A DNA stretch of 64,000 bases from a virus (Duplodnaviria > Heunggongvirae > Uroviricota > Caudoviricetes). Positions 39,486-49,026 of the stretch are shown here, in pieces (the first letter of the stretch is position 1; each line of letters starts with the position of its first letter). The notes beneath the pieces are model-generated. The model was not told where the DNA came from. It worked only from the letters and a program-made list of their open reading frames with translations, and did no database searches. The stretch is taken from the IMG/VR virus record IMGVR_UViG_3300027797_000011. One strand, written 5' to 3'. The translations under genes and the position numbers were made by a program.

Positions 39486-40663
39486 TTGTACACTTTCAAC
39501 AATACAATATCTTCACTCATACGTCCGTTAAGTAATGTTTCTGTAGTCTTAACATTTTTAACAAACCAAGCCTCAACACGCTTCTGTGTATTTTGTTCTT
39601 TAAACTCTTTAAGTTGTTCTACTGGCTTACGCAAAGTCTTTTGAAAGCTCTTGTCAGTAAACTCCGTAATGCTAGTACCTTTGACACCCAGGCCTGCACT
39701 TGTTTTAGGAACATAGACACCAATTTTACGAGTCTTAGTATTGTAAACAATTGCTAGTTGAGCGCCAATTAGACCTGCCAGTGGCACTGAAGTAATACCA
39801 AGTTTAGGATCACTTAGCATAAACTTCATTTTCTTAACCAATTCTTCTGCCGGCTTAACTTTTGTAGCACGTGGCTTCTTAAGAACTTTTTGCTCTGCGG
39901 CAATCTGCTCACACGCGGCACCAATACTTTCGTAGAAGTCTATTAGTTTTTTAACATTCTTGCGACTAACATGTTTGTATGCTTCTCTCAACTGTTCATC
40001 TGCATTACCGCTGGCAAGTTCATGAAGCTCATCCAATCCACGTTGGAAGTATTGTTTGATTATTCGAGCATGAGCGGCCTTGGCACCCTTACCTTTAAGT
40101 AAGTTTACAACTTTGAATGCTTTTGGATCAAATGCTTCTGGATCAGTGATCCAACTGTCAATAGCGTAGTCAAGTTCTTCGCCCATGTCTCCTGCGGTTT
40201 CACGCAACCGGTCTTGAATACTCGGCGGTGCAATTACAGGCTTTGTATCTACAACAGCTTCGCTGTCGTCTTTATCGTTCTTGCCTTCAACAATGATATT
40301 GGTAATTTCATTTCGTAACCATTCTGCAACATTACGATCTTGATTAAACCCAGAACGTTTTTCAGGCATGCCTTTAATCAAGCAGGCGGCAATAGCACCT
40401 ACAGTAGGACTACAACGATTGTCTTTTGTTTTCTTGAAACTTTGGATTGTGACCTTGTCGTATCCGTTACGACCCATCCAGTCAATAACCTTTGGCTTTA
40501 GTTCTTTGCCGGAACTTTCCAAACGGTACCAATCCATTGCCTGGCGGAACCTCCGTGTAAATTGCTCTGCTGTGAGCCCTTCAATATCGTCCCACTTTGG
40601 ACTGTGGTCGCGTTTTGCGTTTTGACGAAGTGCAATTGATGCTGTTTTGAGTTTAGTAACCAT
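39482..40663 (-). CDS. hypothetical protein (393 aa)
   Basis: ORF track. Confidence 0.55.
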   Translation of the reverse strand: MVTKLKTASIALRQNAKRDHSPKWDDIEGLTAEQFTRRFRQAMDWYRLESSGKELKPKVIDWMGRNGYDKVTIQSFKKTKDNRCSPTVGAIAACLIKGMPEKRSGFNQDRNVAEWLRNEITNIIVEGKNDKDDSEAVVDTKPVIAPPSIQDRLRETAGDMGEELDYAIDSWITDPEAFDPKAFKVVNLLKGKGAKAAHARIIKQYFQRGLDELHELASGNADEQLREAYKHVSRKNVKKLIDFYESIGAACEQIAAEQKVLKKPRATKVKPAEELVKKMKFMLSDPKLGITSVPLAGLIGAQLAIVYNTKTRKIGVYVPKTSAGLGVKGTSITEFTDKSFQKTLRKPVEQLKEFKEQNTQKRVEAWFVKNVKTTETLLNGRMSEDIVLLKVYK

Positions 40664-40679
40664 TTTGGTGCCTTTAGTG

Positions 40680-40753
40680 TGGAGCGGGATAGCGGAATCG
40701 AACCGCTGACTTGAACTTGGAAGGATCTCGTTTTACCATTAAACTAATCCCGC
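40680..40753 (-). tRNA. tRNA-like gene, Gly(UCC)-type loop CUUCCAA but with a non-pairing anticodon stem. Possible pseudo-tRNA.
   Basis: Acceptor GCGGGAU/AUCCCGC, T-arm AGCGG-UUCGAUU-CCGCU, encoded CCA. The anticodon stem AGAUC/GUUCA does not pair. Related to tRNA-Gly at 63468..63543. Confidence 0.45.
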
Positions 40754-40800
40754 TTTTTGTTTAAACTATACTTATAGTATAGCACCATTTTGGCTCTGTG

Positions 40801-41073
40801 TCAAGACTTGGTTTTACCAATTTCTTCTACTTTTGGTTCTTCTCTAGTCATTTGGGGATCGTGTTCTTGTATAAATCGTCCGGTCGGATTCATATTCCAG
40901 CTGTCCAATGTAAAAATACGTACAGGTTTCCAATATTTGTTAATGATATTGTTAGCAACAACAAGCCCAATAACTATAACTATAAACCCCATCATTGTTA
41001 AAATACTTCCTGCTAAAAATACTGCCGCTCGATCCATATCCATATTAATCCTCATCATCCCATTCGACTGCAA
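40801..41073 (-). CDS. membrane protein (90 aa)
   Basis: ORF track; central TM helix. Confidence 0.5.
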   Translation of the reverse strand: MQSNGMMRINMDMDRAAVFLAGSILTMMGFIVIVIGLVVANNIINKYWKPVRIFTLDSWNMNPTGRFIQEHDPQMTREEPKVEEIGKTKS

Positions 41074-41608
41074 CCCAGCCTAGTTTTTTTAAATCTTCTC
41101 GAATTTCTTCGGTAACTACACTTTCTGGCACATAGTCACGTCCGTCCGGATCGGGTGTGGGGGTAAAACCATCTAGTCCAAATCCAGCTTCTTTATTGCC
41201 AATACCACTACAGTACCAATCAATATAGTCACCCTGTTCACGCATGTCGGCAACTATTCCTCCACTATGACGCCAACTGGCACTCCAGCGTTGGTCCTTT
41301 AGTATAGGTATAATATCCAATTTGATAAACTGCATATTGCACATGGCCGCGTACAAGTTTTGAGCATAATTGTCATTTGCCTTGACCTTGTCACAAATCC
41401 ATTTGGTACTACGGAGATCATACTCCATATTATCTTTTTGCCATTTTGGATCTACAAGATTTTCTTCATCTTGCTGTTTGGCCGACTTCCAAAAGTTTTC
41501 ATAATACTCCGGAACTTCCTTGCCATCTTCTTTAGCCCGTTCTCTTGCACATTCCAATTGAAAGGTATTGCGTTCAGGACTGCTGTTTATTTTGGAATCG
41601 GTACTCAC
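41045..41608 (-). CDS. hypothetical acidic protein (187 aa)
   Basis: ORF track. Confidence 0.55.
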   Translation of the reverse strand: MSTDSKINSSPERNTFQLECARERAKEDGKEVPEYYENFWKSAKQQDEENLVDPKWQKDNMEYDLRSTKWICDKVKANDNYAQNLYAAMCNMQFIKLDIIPILKDQRWSASWRHSGGIVADMREQGDYIDWYCSGIGNKEAGFGLDGFTPTPDPDGRDYVPESVVTEEIREDLKKLGWVAVEWDDED

Positions 41609-41765
41609 GTTTTAACCACCATTTATACGTTTGAAAATATTTATCGGGACCATATTGCGGCCTAGGCATGTTCCAAGCATCTAATTCTTCTAGATGCTCA
41701 AACCATTTTGCTCTAAGCCACTGTTGAAACGGACTTTCTTTGTGTACGGAAGATTTCAACATCAT
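41574..41765 (-). CDS. hypothetical protein (63 aa)
   Basis: ORF track. Confidence 0.4.
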   Translation of the reverse strand: MMLKSSVHKESPFQQWLRAKWFEHLEELDAWNMPRPQYGPDKYFQTYKWWLKREYRFQNKQQS

Positions 41766-42066
41766 TAGATGCTTTCTTTAAGGTTTCTGCATAATTAAAA
41801 GCCTGCTGTTTAGACATTATGAGCGAAGCTTCATATTCAACATAGCCTTTGGTAAGTAATGTCCAAATAACTTGCCATCGGTTAAGTTCCCACCATTTTG
41901 TTTTTTGTGTGGTATATGTGGTAACAGTGACTCCGCACTCGTCTGATTCAATCCAGACGTTATGGGTATGATTGGTGTCACCACAGTCACAAGGTACTGT
42001 ATAAGACTTAGCATCGCCGAAATCTTTATGTAATAGAATACCTTCAGCAGGAGTTTGTGCTTTCAT
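41713..42066 (-). CDS. hypothetical protein (117 aa)
   Basis: ORF track. Confidence 0.5.
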   Translation of the reverse strand: MKAQTPAEGILLHKDFGDAKSYTVPCDCGDTNHTHNVWIESDECGVTVTTYTTQKTKWWELNRWQVIWTLLTKGYVEYEASLIMSKQQAFNYAETLKKASNDVEIFRTQRKSVSTVA

Positions 42067-42347
42067 TGTAATGTTCTTTGATTATCGTCAGACAAACTTT
42101 TAAGTACTTTTTCTGCGTACTCAGGATCTTCCTCAAGCAATTCATCAATGTCAACCGGGCGAGATTTTCCTTCAAATTCGCCAGATTCAACTAACCGCGT
42201 GATTTCTGCTTGAAGTTCGTTAAGTTCTTCTTGTGTACCCTCGAAGCTATCAAAGCATCCGGGCGCAAATGTAATTGTACGTTTTTGTTCAGTCATTTTT
42301 ATTTGGAGTGTTAGGTCTATTGATGCAATATTCACAAGTTGGATCAT
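42063..42347 (-). CDS. hypothetical acidic protein (94 aa)
   Basis: ORF track. Confidence 0.5.
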   Translation of the reverse strand: MIQLVNIASIDLTLQIKMTEQKRTITFAPGCFDSFEGTQEELNELQAEITRLVESGEFEGKSRPVDIDELLEEDPEYAEKVLKSLSDDNQRTLQ

Positions 42348-42443
42348 CGCACTTGTCTTCTACCCAGATGTTACAAGGCTGACAATAGTAACAGTCATGC
42401 TCTTCCGAATAGTTTTTTGGTGCTTGACAGCAAAGTGTACTAG

Positions 42444-43283
42444 TTAAGTCCATAGGCTTTCACGAATTTTAATAAGGCGAATCATCATAGCTTCATCTTC
42501 TGCTTCATAAGCCTTTTCAATCTTGGTAAGAAGTTTATGAGCTTTATCGCTAGATTTCTTATCTTCTGCGTCTTTGCTATTTAGGCTTGAGAAAAAGCTA
42601 CCTGGGTACTTGACACGCATAGCATCGCAGTGAGCTGACCAACCACTTGCTTCATACGGATCTGGACGATTGCGATAGGTAACGGTCCACCAAGTGTAAA
42701 GCTCGATAATTTCCTTAGCAGATTTGGCCTGATATGTAGGTTCACCGAATCCTTTGCTTCCTGGTTCAGCACCCATGTTTTCGTCAACAGTAAGTCCACT
42801 TGCCCAAGTTAAGTAAGCCATACCGGCTTCTGGACTGCGCCATGTACGTAGTCGTAACCAACCCTTACGGTACCAAGGCACTTCAAATTCAGTCTTAGCC
42901 TCATCACTCCATATGCAGTGATGCCATGCTTGTTCTATTTCCACAAAGTCCACAAGCTCATTGAACATACAAGGAAGAAAACGATTGCCAACATCGCACC
43001 AAGAACCCGGTTGTATGTCGCGAGCATGGGCTGTAAGAGCATGGCTGTGAGAAACCCAGCGATTGTTAATATAATAGCGTATGTCATTTAGCCGGTCCGG
43101 TATGTAGTAAACAAACTTTTGAATATAGTCCAGGCCGTCTTCCGCCAACCAATAACGAAAGTTATGTTTCATTTTTGCAGTATTAGTCCAGTCGTCCCAT
43201 TCTTCAGAAGTACCTGCCTTAAGTTTGGCGGTGCCTCGAAGCCAATCGGCGAATTTTGAACAAGTCCAGTAGTGTGCTCGCAT
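42444..43283 (-). CDS. hypothetical Trp-rich protein (279 aa)
   Basis: ORF track. Confidence 0.55.
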   Translation of the reverse strand: MRAHYWTCSKFADWLRGTAKLKAGTSEEWDDWTNTAKMKHNFRYWLAEDGLDYIQKFVYYIPDRLNDIRYYINNRWVSHSHALTAHARDIQPGSWCDVGNRFLPCMFNELVDFVEIEQAWHHCIWSDEAKTEFEVPWYRKGWLRLRTWRSPEAGMAYLTWASGLTVDENMGAEPGSKGFGEPTYQAKSAKEIIELYTWWTVTYRNRPDPYEASGWSAHCDAMRVKYPGSFFSSLNSKDAEDKKSSDKAHKLLTKIEKAYEAEDEAMMIRLIKIRESLWT

Positions 43284-43315
43284 GATGTTTCTTTCTTAAT
43301 ATAGTAATTATACAG

Positions 43316-43624
43316 TCAAATCTTAACTTTGTCAAATCTTAAATAAAATTCTGACAACTTTTTCTTTTCCAATTCTGCAACAATTACATATTGATGTCCA
43401 TAATTGTATGGATCGGCCCGCCTGTGCCAAATTGGAGTTTCAATAGCATGTTCCATAACAAACTTGCCTGCTTCGCTTTCTTGCCATTCCCAGAGTGGTT
43501 GTGCGGCATATAAGTCCGGATCTTCAACATCACCCATACTGAATTTATGTACAACTACTTTGTGTATTTCTTCTACACAACGATAGCCGTCTTTGTCATA
43601 TTCACGACATCTCACTTTGTCCAT
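43316..43624 (-). CDS. hypothetical protein (102 aa)
   Basis: ORF track. Confidence 0.5.
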   Translation of the reverse strand: MDKVRCREYDKDGYRCVEEIHKVVVHKFSMGDVEDPDLYAAQPLWEWQESEAGKFVMEHAIETPIWHRRADPYNYGHQYVIVAELEKKKLSEFYLRFDKVKI

Positions 43625-44019
43625 ATCAAGTGATACAACGTTAAAAACTTCTCACCATCTTTTTTGTCGTCGAATGCCCAGGTATCCCATGCTGTTCGTC
43701 GAACTCCGTTCCATTTGGACAACTCATTTACTACCCAATCAACCCTAGTGTCTAATGCGTGACTACTAGAACTTTTATTAATTATTTCGGGAGGCCACAC
43801 TTCTTCTAGATACAATGTCCATGCTTTATGTTTTTTATTTAAAACAGGTCTAATAGTTGGATCTTCAATCATATTTACCCAACCCTTTATTACATGATCT
43901 AACTTATCAAGAGCCTGTTCAAGTGTTACCGACATCTGCTTTCTTTCGTTTGGTAAACGTTCTTTTCTTTGCAGGTCGTTTACCGGCAGGTCGTACATTG
44001 AAAGGTTGATTTTTTGCAT
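43612..44019 (-). CDS. hypothetical protein (135 aa)
   Basis: ORF track. Confidence 0.5.
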   Translation of the reverse strand: MQKINLSMYDLPVNDLQRKERLPNERKQMSVTLEQALDKLDHVIKGWVNMIEDPTIRPVLNKKHKAWTLYLEEVWPPEIINKSSSSHALDTRVDWVVNELSKWNGVRRTAWDTWAFDDKKDGEKFLTLYHLIWTK

Positions 44020-44407
44020 GTTCTGCTCGCTCTATTGCGGCATGAATTTGTTCCGAAGTAGGTTCGTCTTCTGTTGGAAAATCAATTGGATTATCTGTGC
44101 TACTTACATGAGCATTTACAGGAATTTTAATTCCAACTTTCTTTAGATAACGGCCTGCTAGTTTCATATCCATATTACGATAGCACATGATTGGTCCTTT
44201 AGCATCTGGGCTAATTTGATCAAACTCACGTACTTCATATATATCGTCGATGCCTGTTTTAATTTCAAGCACATACAACTCGTGACCTTCTTTATGATTT
44301 TCGTTTAAGTGGTCAAGTGTAATAATTTCTACAACTCTACCTTGTACTAGGCTTTGTTCGCCCATATGGATCCAAACTTGATCCTTAATATTATATTCTG
44401 TTTTCAT
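43919..44407 (-). CDS. hypothetical protein with basic C-terminal tail (about 162 aa from the internal Met)
   Basis: ORF track 43919..44527, trimmed to the internal Met MKTEYNIKDQVW to avoid overlap. Confidence 0.45.
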   Translation of the reverse strand: MKTEYNIKDQVWIHMGEQSLVQGRVVEIITLDHLNENHKEGHELYVLEIKTGIDDIYEVREFDQISPDAKGPIMCYRNMDMKLAGRYLKKVGIKIPVNAHVSSTDNPIDFPTEDEPTSEQIHAAIERAEHAKNQPFNVRPAGKRPAKKRTFTKRKKADVGNT

Positions 44408-44769
44408 GTTATTGTTAGGTATGCAATACCTATGTAAGTTATTTGGTGGGCCATTTGATCCAGTCCTAGATGATTCCAGAATACAGGATTTTGAATATCG
44501 CGGTTTCCGTAGTTCATTTTGGCCCAATCAATATGGTAATGAATTAAAGAATCTAATAATCCTAGTATTGCCGCAAAGGCAATGTAGGGGAATCCAGTTA
44601 CACATACAATGGCAAACATTGTGCCAATACCTTGTTTTGCGCTATGGTTAATACCGTGATAATTACCATATATTGCTTTACTATGCACTTCCTTTATTGA
44701 TTGATTAACAAAGTCAATATACCAATGTTTTATTTGTAGGAGGATTAAAAGTAAAAATACTGATTCCAT
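44404..44769 (-). CDS. polytopic membrane protein (121 aa)
   Basis: Three or four hydrophobic helices. Confidence 0.5.
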   Translation of the reverse strand: MESVFLLLILLQIKHWYIDFVNQSIKEVHSKAIYGNYHGINHSAKQGIGTMFAIVCVTGFPYIAFAAILGLLDSLIHYHIDWAKMNYGNRDIQNPVFWNHLGLDQMAHQITYIGIAYLTIT

Positions 44770-45039
44770 TTTATTTAGTTCCGTTAACTAACTGTGCTTA
44801 ACAATAATCTATTGTAATTTTTAACAAAAAAGATAATGGCAAACTGTTTCATTGCCATCATCTTATTCGGCAGGTACTTTTTCTTTCGATTTAGAATCCA
44901 GCAAATCTTTTACAAACTTAACGGCCTTACGGTCAGTATCATATACATATTCCTGATCGTCATTATCATCACTTCGTAAAGTGACGATAACACCATTTTG
45001 TACCTTACGGATTTCTATCGATTCAAACATACTAGTCCC

Positions 45040-45852
45040 TTATTGTTGTGGAACGCTCAAATTGTAATTAAAGTGGAAAATACCAATGTGAGCAGTTTCA
45101 CGGCTTAAATCCTGGTCACACCAAATCTGGTAGCCAGCCTTTTGAACCTGTTGACAGAAGAATATATCTTCTCCAATCTCTAGATTCAATTCAGGAATAT
45201 ATTCTTGTAAGTAGAATGGTCCCTGAATTTTTTCATACACTGAACGATGTACAAGTACACATCCATGTGGTAACACATCAATCAATTCCATCGAAGGGCT
45301 TTGATCTGTTGTGTGGAATTCGGTATATTGTCCTGCCGCACCCATCATACCTGTAAAGTTAGGATTGGGGAATCGTCGTCGGCGATAGTTGACACCTACA
45401 ATTGGCACCTTACGATTTAACAATCGAATAGGAGCATCGATCGGGAATTTCATATCACTGTCTACCCACCAGATGTAATCAAAATCACTCTTCATAAAGA
45501 TATCTGCAAGATTTCTTCGAGCAATAGTGATTACTGATCCAATGTTAAATGCACAGTTGATTTTAATACCATTGGCAACCATATTAGCTGCCGCCATGGC
45601 TAGGTGTTGTGCAAATTCTGCATTAACCATTTCCATTGCTGGAACAGCAATCATAATACTGGGTTGTTTACCTGGATTAGGAACAAACGGATTATTTTGA
45701 TTGTTAGGGGTTGGTGCAGGAGGTTGACCCTTAGGGAACGGGTTAAAGTTTGACAGGGGTGTCTGTGGGGCTCCCATTGGGGCGCCTTGCGGTACGGGCC
45801 TGCGGTCCGGAATAGTTTGCTTAGTTGGGATGTTAAGTTTACCTTTGTTCAT
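45040..45852 (-). CDS. glycosyltransferase (GT-A fold, GT2-like) with Pro-rich N-terminal extension
   Basis: DxD-type motif WVDSDMKF. 270 aa. Confidence 0.6.
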   Translation of the reverse strand: MNKGKLNIPTKQTIPDRRPVPQGAPMGAPQTPLSNFNPFPKGQPPAPTPNNQNNPFVPNPGKQPSIMIAVPAMEMVNAEFAQHLAMAAANMVANGIKINCAFNIGSVITIARRNLADIFMKSDFDYIWWVDSDMKFPIDAPIRLLNRKVPIVGVNYRRRRFPNPNFTGMMGAAGQYTEFHTTDQSPSMELIDVLPHGCVLVHRSVYEKIQGPFYLQEYIPELNLEIGEDIFFCQQVQKAGYQIWCDQDLSRETAHIGIFHFNYNLSVPQQ

Positions 45853-45902
45853 TATGATCCTTGTTGGTTTTTTATAGTTATCTTTATTAAGTACCAGGAT
45901 AA

Positions 45903-46556
45903 TTAAATATTGATATCGCGTTCAGCTGATTCTTTAACAATGTAAGTATCAACCCAACAGACATCAAAATTGTCGTGGTCGCCCCATCCCTTGGGCATAG
46001 TTTCTTGGAAGTGAGTTGCTTTTTCAATTGCCTCATCCATTGAAGATGCTTTAACTTCAAGGAGGTGACGGACATCGAGGTTTACCATGTAAGTGTTCAT
46101 ATCGTTTTCTTTAAATGTAATTGTGGCACCGCCTAGTGTGCCGGGCATAGGCATAGTGAATGATTCACTTTTACTTTTGATAATCGGTAGATTGTCGTAG
46201 TAAGTTTCTCCAATATCTTTAAGATATTCTAACATTAGTTCTTCTGTGTCTACATGTGTATAACCTACATCATCCCATGCCGCATTTGGATCAACTCCCA
46301 TGGTGGCAGCTTCTGTGTAGTATGCTTGTTTAAAATCTGGATTCAGCCAACGAAATGCCTGCTCCTGTCCGGGAACTTCTACATGAACTTCATATACAGT
46401 ATAGTTTTCTGTATCGTATATAGCATGAGCATACGACTGCCCATCAGTATCTCGAAATTCAATAAAGTTAGCATTGTCGCCATAGCATTTCCACATATAT
46501 GGATCGCCGCCGCTCACTCTTGCACCTGCGGCTGTAATAACATCATTTAGTTTCAT
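45903..46556 (-). CDS. hypothetical protein (217 aa)
   Basis: ORF track. Confidence 0.55.
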   Translation of the reverse strand: MKLNDVITAAGARVSGGDPYMWKCYGDNANFIEFRDTDGQSYAHAIYDTENYTVYEVHVEVPGQEQAFRWLNPDFKQAYYTEAATMGVDPNAAWDDVGYTHVDTEELMLEYLKDIGETYYDNLPIIKSKSESFTMPMPGTLGGATITFKENDMNTYMVNLDVRHLLEVKASSMDEAIEKATHFQETMPKGWGDHDNFDVCWVDTYIVKESAERDINI

Positions 46557-46956
46557 TTTTTGTACTCTCTGCTAATTGTTTGTATCCAGCCCAACTAGGA
46601 TGGATCTTGTCTGGTTGTAATCGTGTTATTGGCAATACAGTATCGCCAAAGTTTTTAGCAATGATCTGAACTACATCTTGTACGTTTGGTTTAATTGCTG
46701 GCATGATCCAAAAAACATGTTTAGCATCAACTCGTTGACGCATTGTTAGCAGTTCTTTGAATGTATTCACACCACTGTGGTCATTTGAGCCCAAACTAAT
46801 AATAACAGTCTTTGCTGGCTTCAACCTTAAATCTTTTGAATAATTGTTATTCCATTGCTGAGAATTAATCCCACCTTTGGCTACTATAGTACATTCCGGT
46901 TTAAACTGGTGTGTACCTACAGCAATACTATCTCCTAAAATTAAGCAATCAAGCAC
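46543..46956 (-). CDS. SGNH/GDSL-family hydrolase
   Basis: ILGDSIAVG (GDS block) and DKIHPS (DxxH block). 137 aa. Confidence 0.65.
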   Translation of the reverse strand: MLDCLILGDSIAVGTHQFKPECTIVAKGGINSQQWNNNYSKDLRLKPAKTVIISLGSNDHSGVNTFKELLTMRQRVDAKHVFWIMPAIKPNVQDVVQIIAKNFGDTVLPITRLQPDKIHPSWAGYKQLAESTKNETK

Positions 46957-47031
46957 GATTAGTCCATTTGTTATTCATAGCACTAGTATATGAGAAATAC
47001 CGGTCAATGTCAACAGATATAATAGCCAAAT

Positions 47032-47057
47032 AAAAAAGGCCCGTAGGCCTTTTTTTT
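47032..47057. terminator. bidirectional rho-independent terminator
   Basis: A6-GGCCCGTAGGCC-T8. Confidence 0.75.
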
Positions 47058-47069
47058 CTGTGTGTATGA

Positions 47070-47144
47070 TTAACGGTTAGCAATATACATTGTGATTTCA
47101 AAACCGAAACGCATGTCGCTTGCTTGTGGTGTTGTCCATTTCAT
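47070..47144 (-). CDS. pqqA: PqqA-type peptide (PQQ precursor), 24 aa: MKWTTPQASDMRFGFEITMYIANR
   Basis: Strong RBS AAAGGAG 8 nt upstream. Matches PqqA consensus W-x-x-P-x-x-x-D-x-R-x-G-F-E-(V/I)-T-M-Y-x-x-x-R, with the conserved Glu-x3-Tyr cross-linking pair. Flanked by two terminators. Confidence 0.7.
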   Translation of the reverse strand: MKWTTPQASDMRFGFEITMYIANR

Positions 47145-47166
47145 AATAATTCTCCTTTTAAGTTAG

Positions 47167-47183
47167 CATACTACAGTAGTATG
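47167..47183. promoter_or_regulatory. perfect 17-bp palindrome (operator-like) in the pqqA leader
   Basis: CATACTAC-A-GTAGTATG, about 25 nt upstream of the pqqA ATG. Confidence 0.35.
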
Positions 47184-47262
47184 TATCCTTATGATACAGT
47201 AAAAATAGTCTAAATCATATAGTGAAAATCATTGTTTTGACTTAGTGTTACTACTTACAGTC

Positions 47263-47290
47263 AAAAAAAAAAGATCCGAAGATCTTTTTT
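47263..47290. terminator. bidirectional rho-independent terminator after the OMP gene
   Basis: A10-GATCCGAAGATC-T6. Confidence 0.75.
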
Positions 47291-47338
47291 CTGCCGGTTA
47301 CGAGTTCCGGCACCGCTCAATCTTTGCGGACGATTTAA

Positions 47339-47896
47339 TTAGAACTTAAAGCCAACGCTGACGTTAGTAGCATTGTACTGGCTGTCACCGCGAACTTGAT
47401 CGTAGCCTAGACCAACAAAGTAGTTCTTGGTCAGTGCATACTCAGCACCTAAACGATATGCGCGAGTAGTGTCAGCATTAACGCTGTCAGTTGCGGCACG
47501 ATAACGGTACCCTGCCTTAACACTCAAGTCTTGAGTCACGGCATACTTGACGCCCGGCTCTACTGAGTAGTAGGTATAGTTAGTTGCAGTTTTGAACTTC
47601 TCACCAACAGCACCGCGGCCATAAACGCTTAGGCCTTTTACCGCAGTTGGAACTGTGCCGGTTAAGCCACCTTCAAATCGGGTGTCGCTAAGGTTGCTAC
47701 TAGTATCAGTCTTTTGACGCAGGCTAAAATCAGCTTTGAATGTCTGATTTAGGTCTGTGCCCATTGTTACTTTAGTAGCACGAGCGTCTGCGGTACTGTC
47801 TACACCATCACGGCTACTGTATTCAACAGCGCCAAACCCACCTGCAAAGGCAGTACCTGCGGCCAACAATGCGGCCATTACGATAAACTTCTTCAT
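47339..47896 (-). CDS. outer-membrane 8-strand beta-barrel protein (OmpX/Ail/Lom or OmpW-like)
   Basis: Signal peptide MKKFIVMAALLAAGTAFA. Alternating amphipathic beta strands. C-terminal aromatic VSVGFKF. GC higher than neighbours. Confidence 0.7.
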   Translation of the reverse strand: MKKFIVMAALLAAGTAFAGGFGAVEYSSRDGVDSTADARATKVTMGTDLNQTFKADFSLRQKTDTSSNLSDTRFEGGLTGTVPTAVKGLSVYGRGAVGEKFKTATNYTYYSVEPGVKYAVTQDLSVKAGYRYRAATDSVNADTTRAYRLGAEYALTKNYFVGLGYDQVRGDSQYNATNVSVGFKF

Positions 47897-47988
47897 TAAT
47901 ATTTCCTTTTAAAAGATGATTTATAAAATCATTCTCTATTATATATCCGCGTTAACTACAATGTCAACAGATATTGGTTTATTATTGC

Positions 47989-49005
47989 TTAATTTGCAGC
48001 CAATTTTTCTTTTTCTACTAAATTATCTCGGAATATCTCCCAAGCTCTCTGCCATGACCATTTCTGGCTACCTGCTAATACTGTGTCTCTATTAAGTCCC
48101 ATACAACGATATACAGCAGTGGCTAAATCTTCTTCCATAAATCCAGTTACTCCCTGTTCGATAACATCCAAGGGTCCTTGTACGGGATATGCGGCAACAG
48201 GAGTTCCGCAAGCCATTGCTTCAATCATAACAATACCAAATGTTTCCCAACGGCTGGGAAATACAAATACATCTGCCATGGCAAAGTATTTGGCTAGTTC
48301 TTGACCACGCTTGGCACCCACAAACTTTACATCGGGATACTGCGTTCTGTACTCTTCCAACATAGGACCATCACCTACCATGAACTTAACACCCGCATAG
48401 GGCATTTCAAAGAACGCTTCTAGATTCTTTTCTTTGCTCACACGGCTAACACATACTAGTATAGGGCCATTTACTACTGTGCCTGTACGCTGACTTGGAT
48501 TGAATATATCACGATCGACTCCGCGAGTCCATGAAATTAATTCTCCGTCAAACCCGTGTTCTTTAAGTTCTGCTACCATAGAATCTGTAGTGGTTAATAC
48601 TTTACCACTGTGTTTGTGGAACCAACGTACTAAAGGCCAAGTAAGGGCCTCAGGTACGCCAAACAGCTTTCTAATTCCTTCTGGAAACTTAGTATGATAA
48701 GCAGTGTTGTAGCGATAACCGTGTTTGTCAAGATATTGTCTAGCACACAAACCCATAGGACCCTCTGTGGCGATGTGGATATGATCCGGATTGATCTCCT
48801 CAAATATCTGGCCCATTTTCCAGGGAAAGGCAATCTTGACTTCGTTGTAGCCAGGGCAATCAACATAGCGGAACCTCCTGGGATCAAGATATACAACACG
48901 ATAGTTGTCCCGAACCGCACACGCCTCAATATTTTTGTAGGTTGTAACCACACCATTGATCTGCTCCGGTAAATTATCTGTAACAATTAGGATTGTTTTT
49001 TGCAT
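47989..49005 (-). CDS. glycosyltransferase family 4 (GT-B, RfaG-like)
   Basis: C-terminal EAMACGTPVAAYPVQG (E-x7-E-type GT4 motif) and overall GT-B pattern. 338 aa. Confidence 0.75.
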   Translation of the reverse strand: MQKTILIVTDNLPEQINGVVTTYKNIEACAVRDNYRVVYLDPRRFRYVDCPGYNEVKIAFPWKMGQIFEEINPDHIHIATEGPMGLCARQYLDKHGYRYNTAYHTKFPEGIRKLFGVPEALTWPLVRWFHKHSGKVLTTTDSMVAELKEHGFDGELISWTRGVDRDIFNPSQRTGTVVNGPILVCVSRVSKEKNLEAFFEMPYAGVKFMVGDGPMLEEYRTQYPDVKFVGAKRGQELAKYFAMADVFVFPSRWETFGIVMIEAMACGTPVAAYPVQGPLDVIEQGVTGFMEEDLATAVYRCMGLNRDTVLAGSQKWSWQRAWEIFRDNLVEKEKLAAN

Positions 49006-49026
49006 TCGCCTACTACCTTAAAACTT

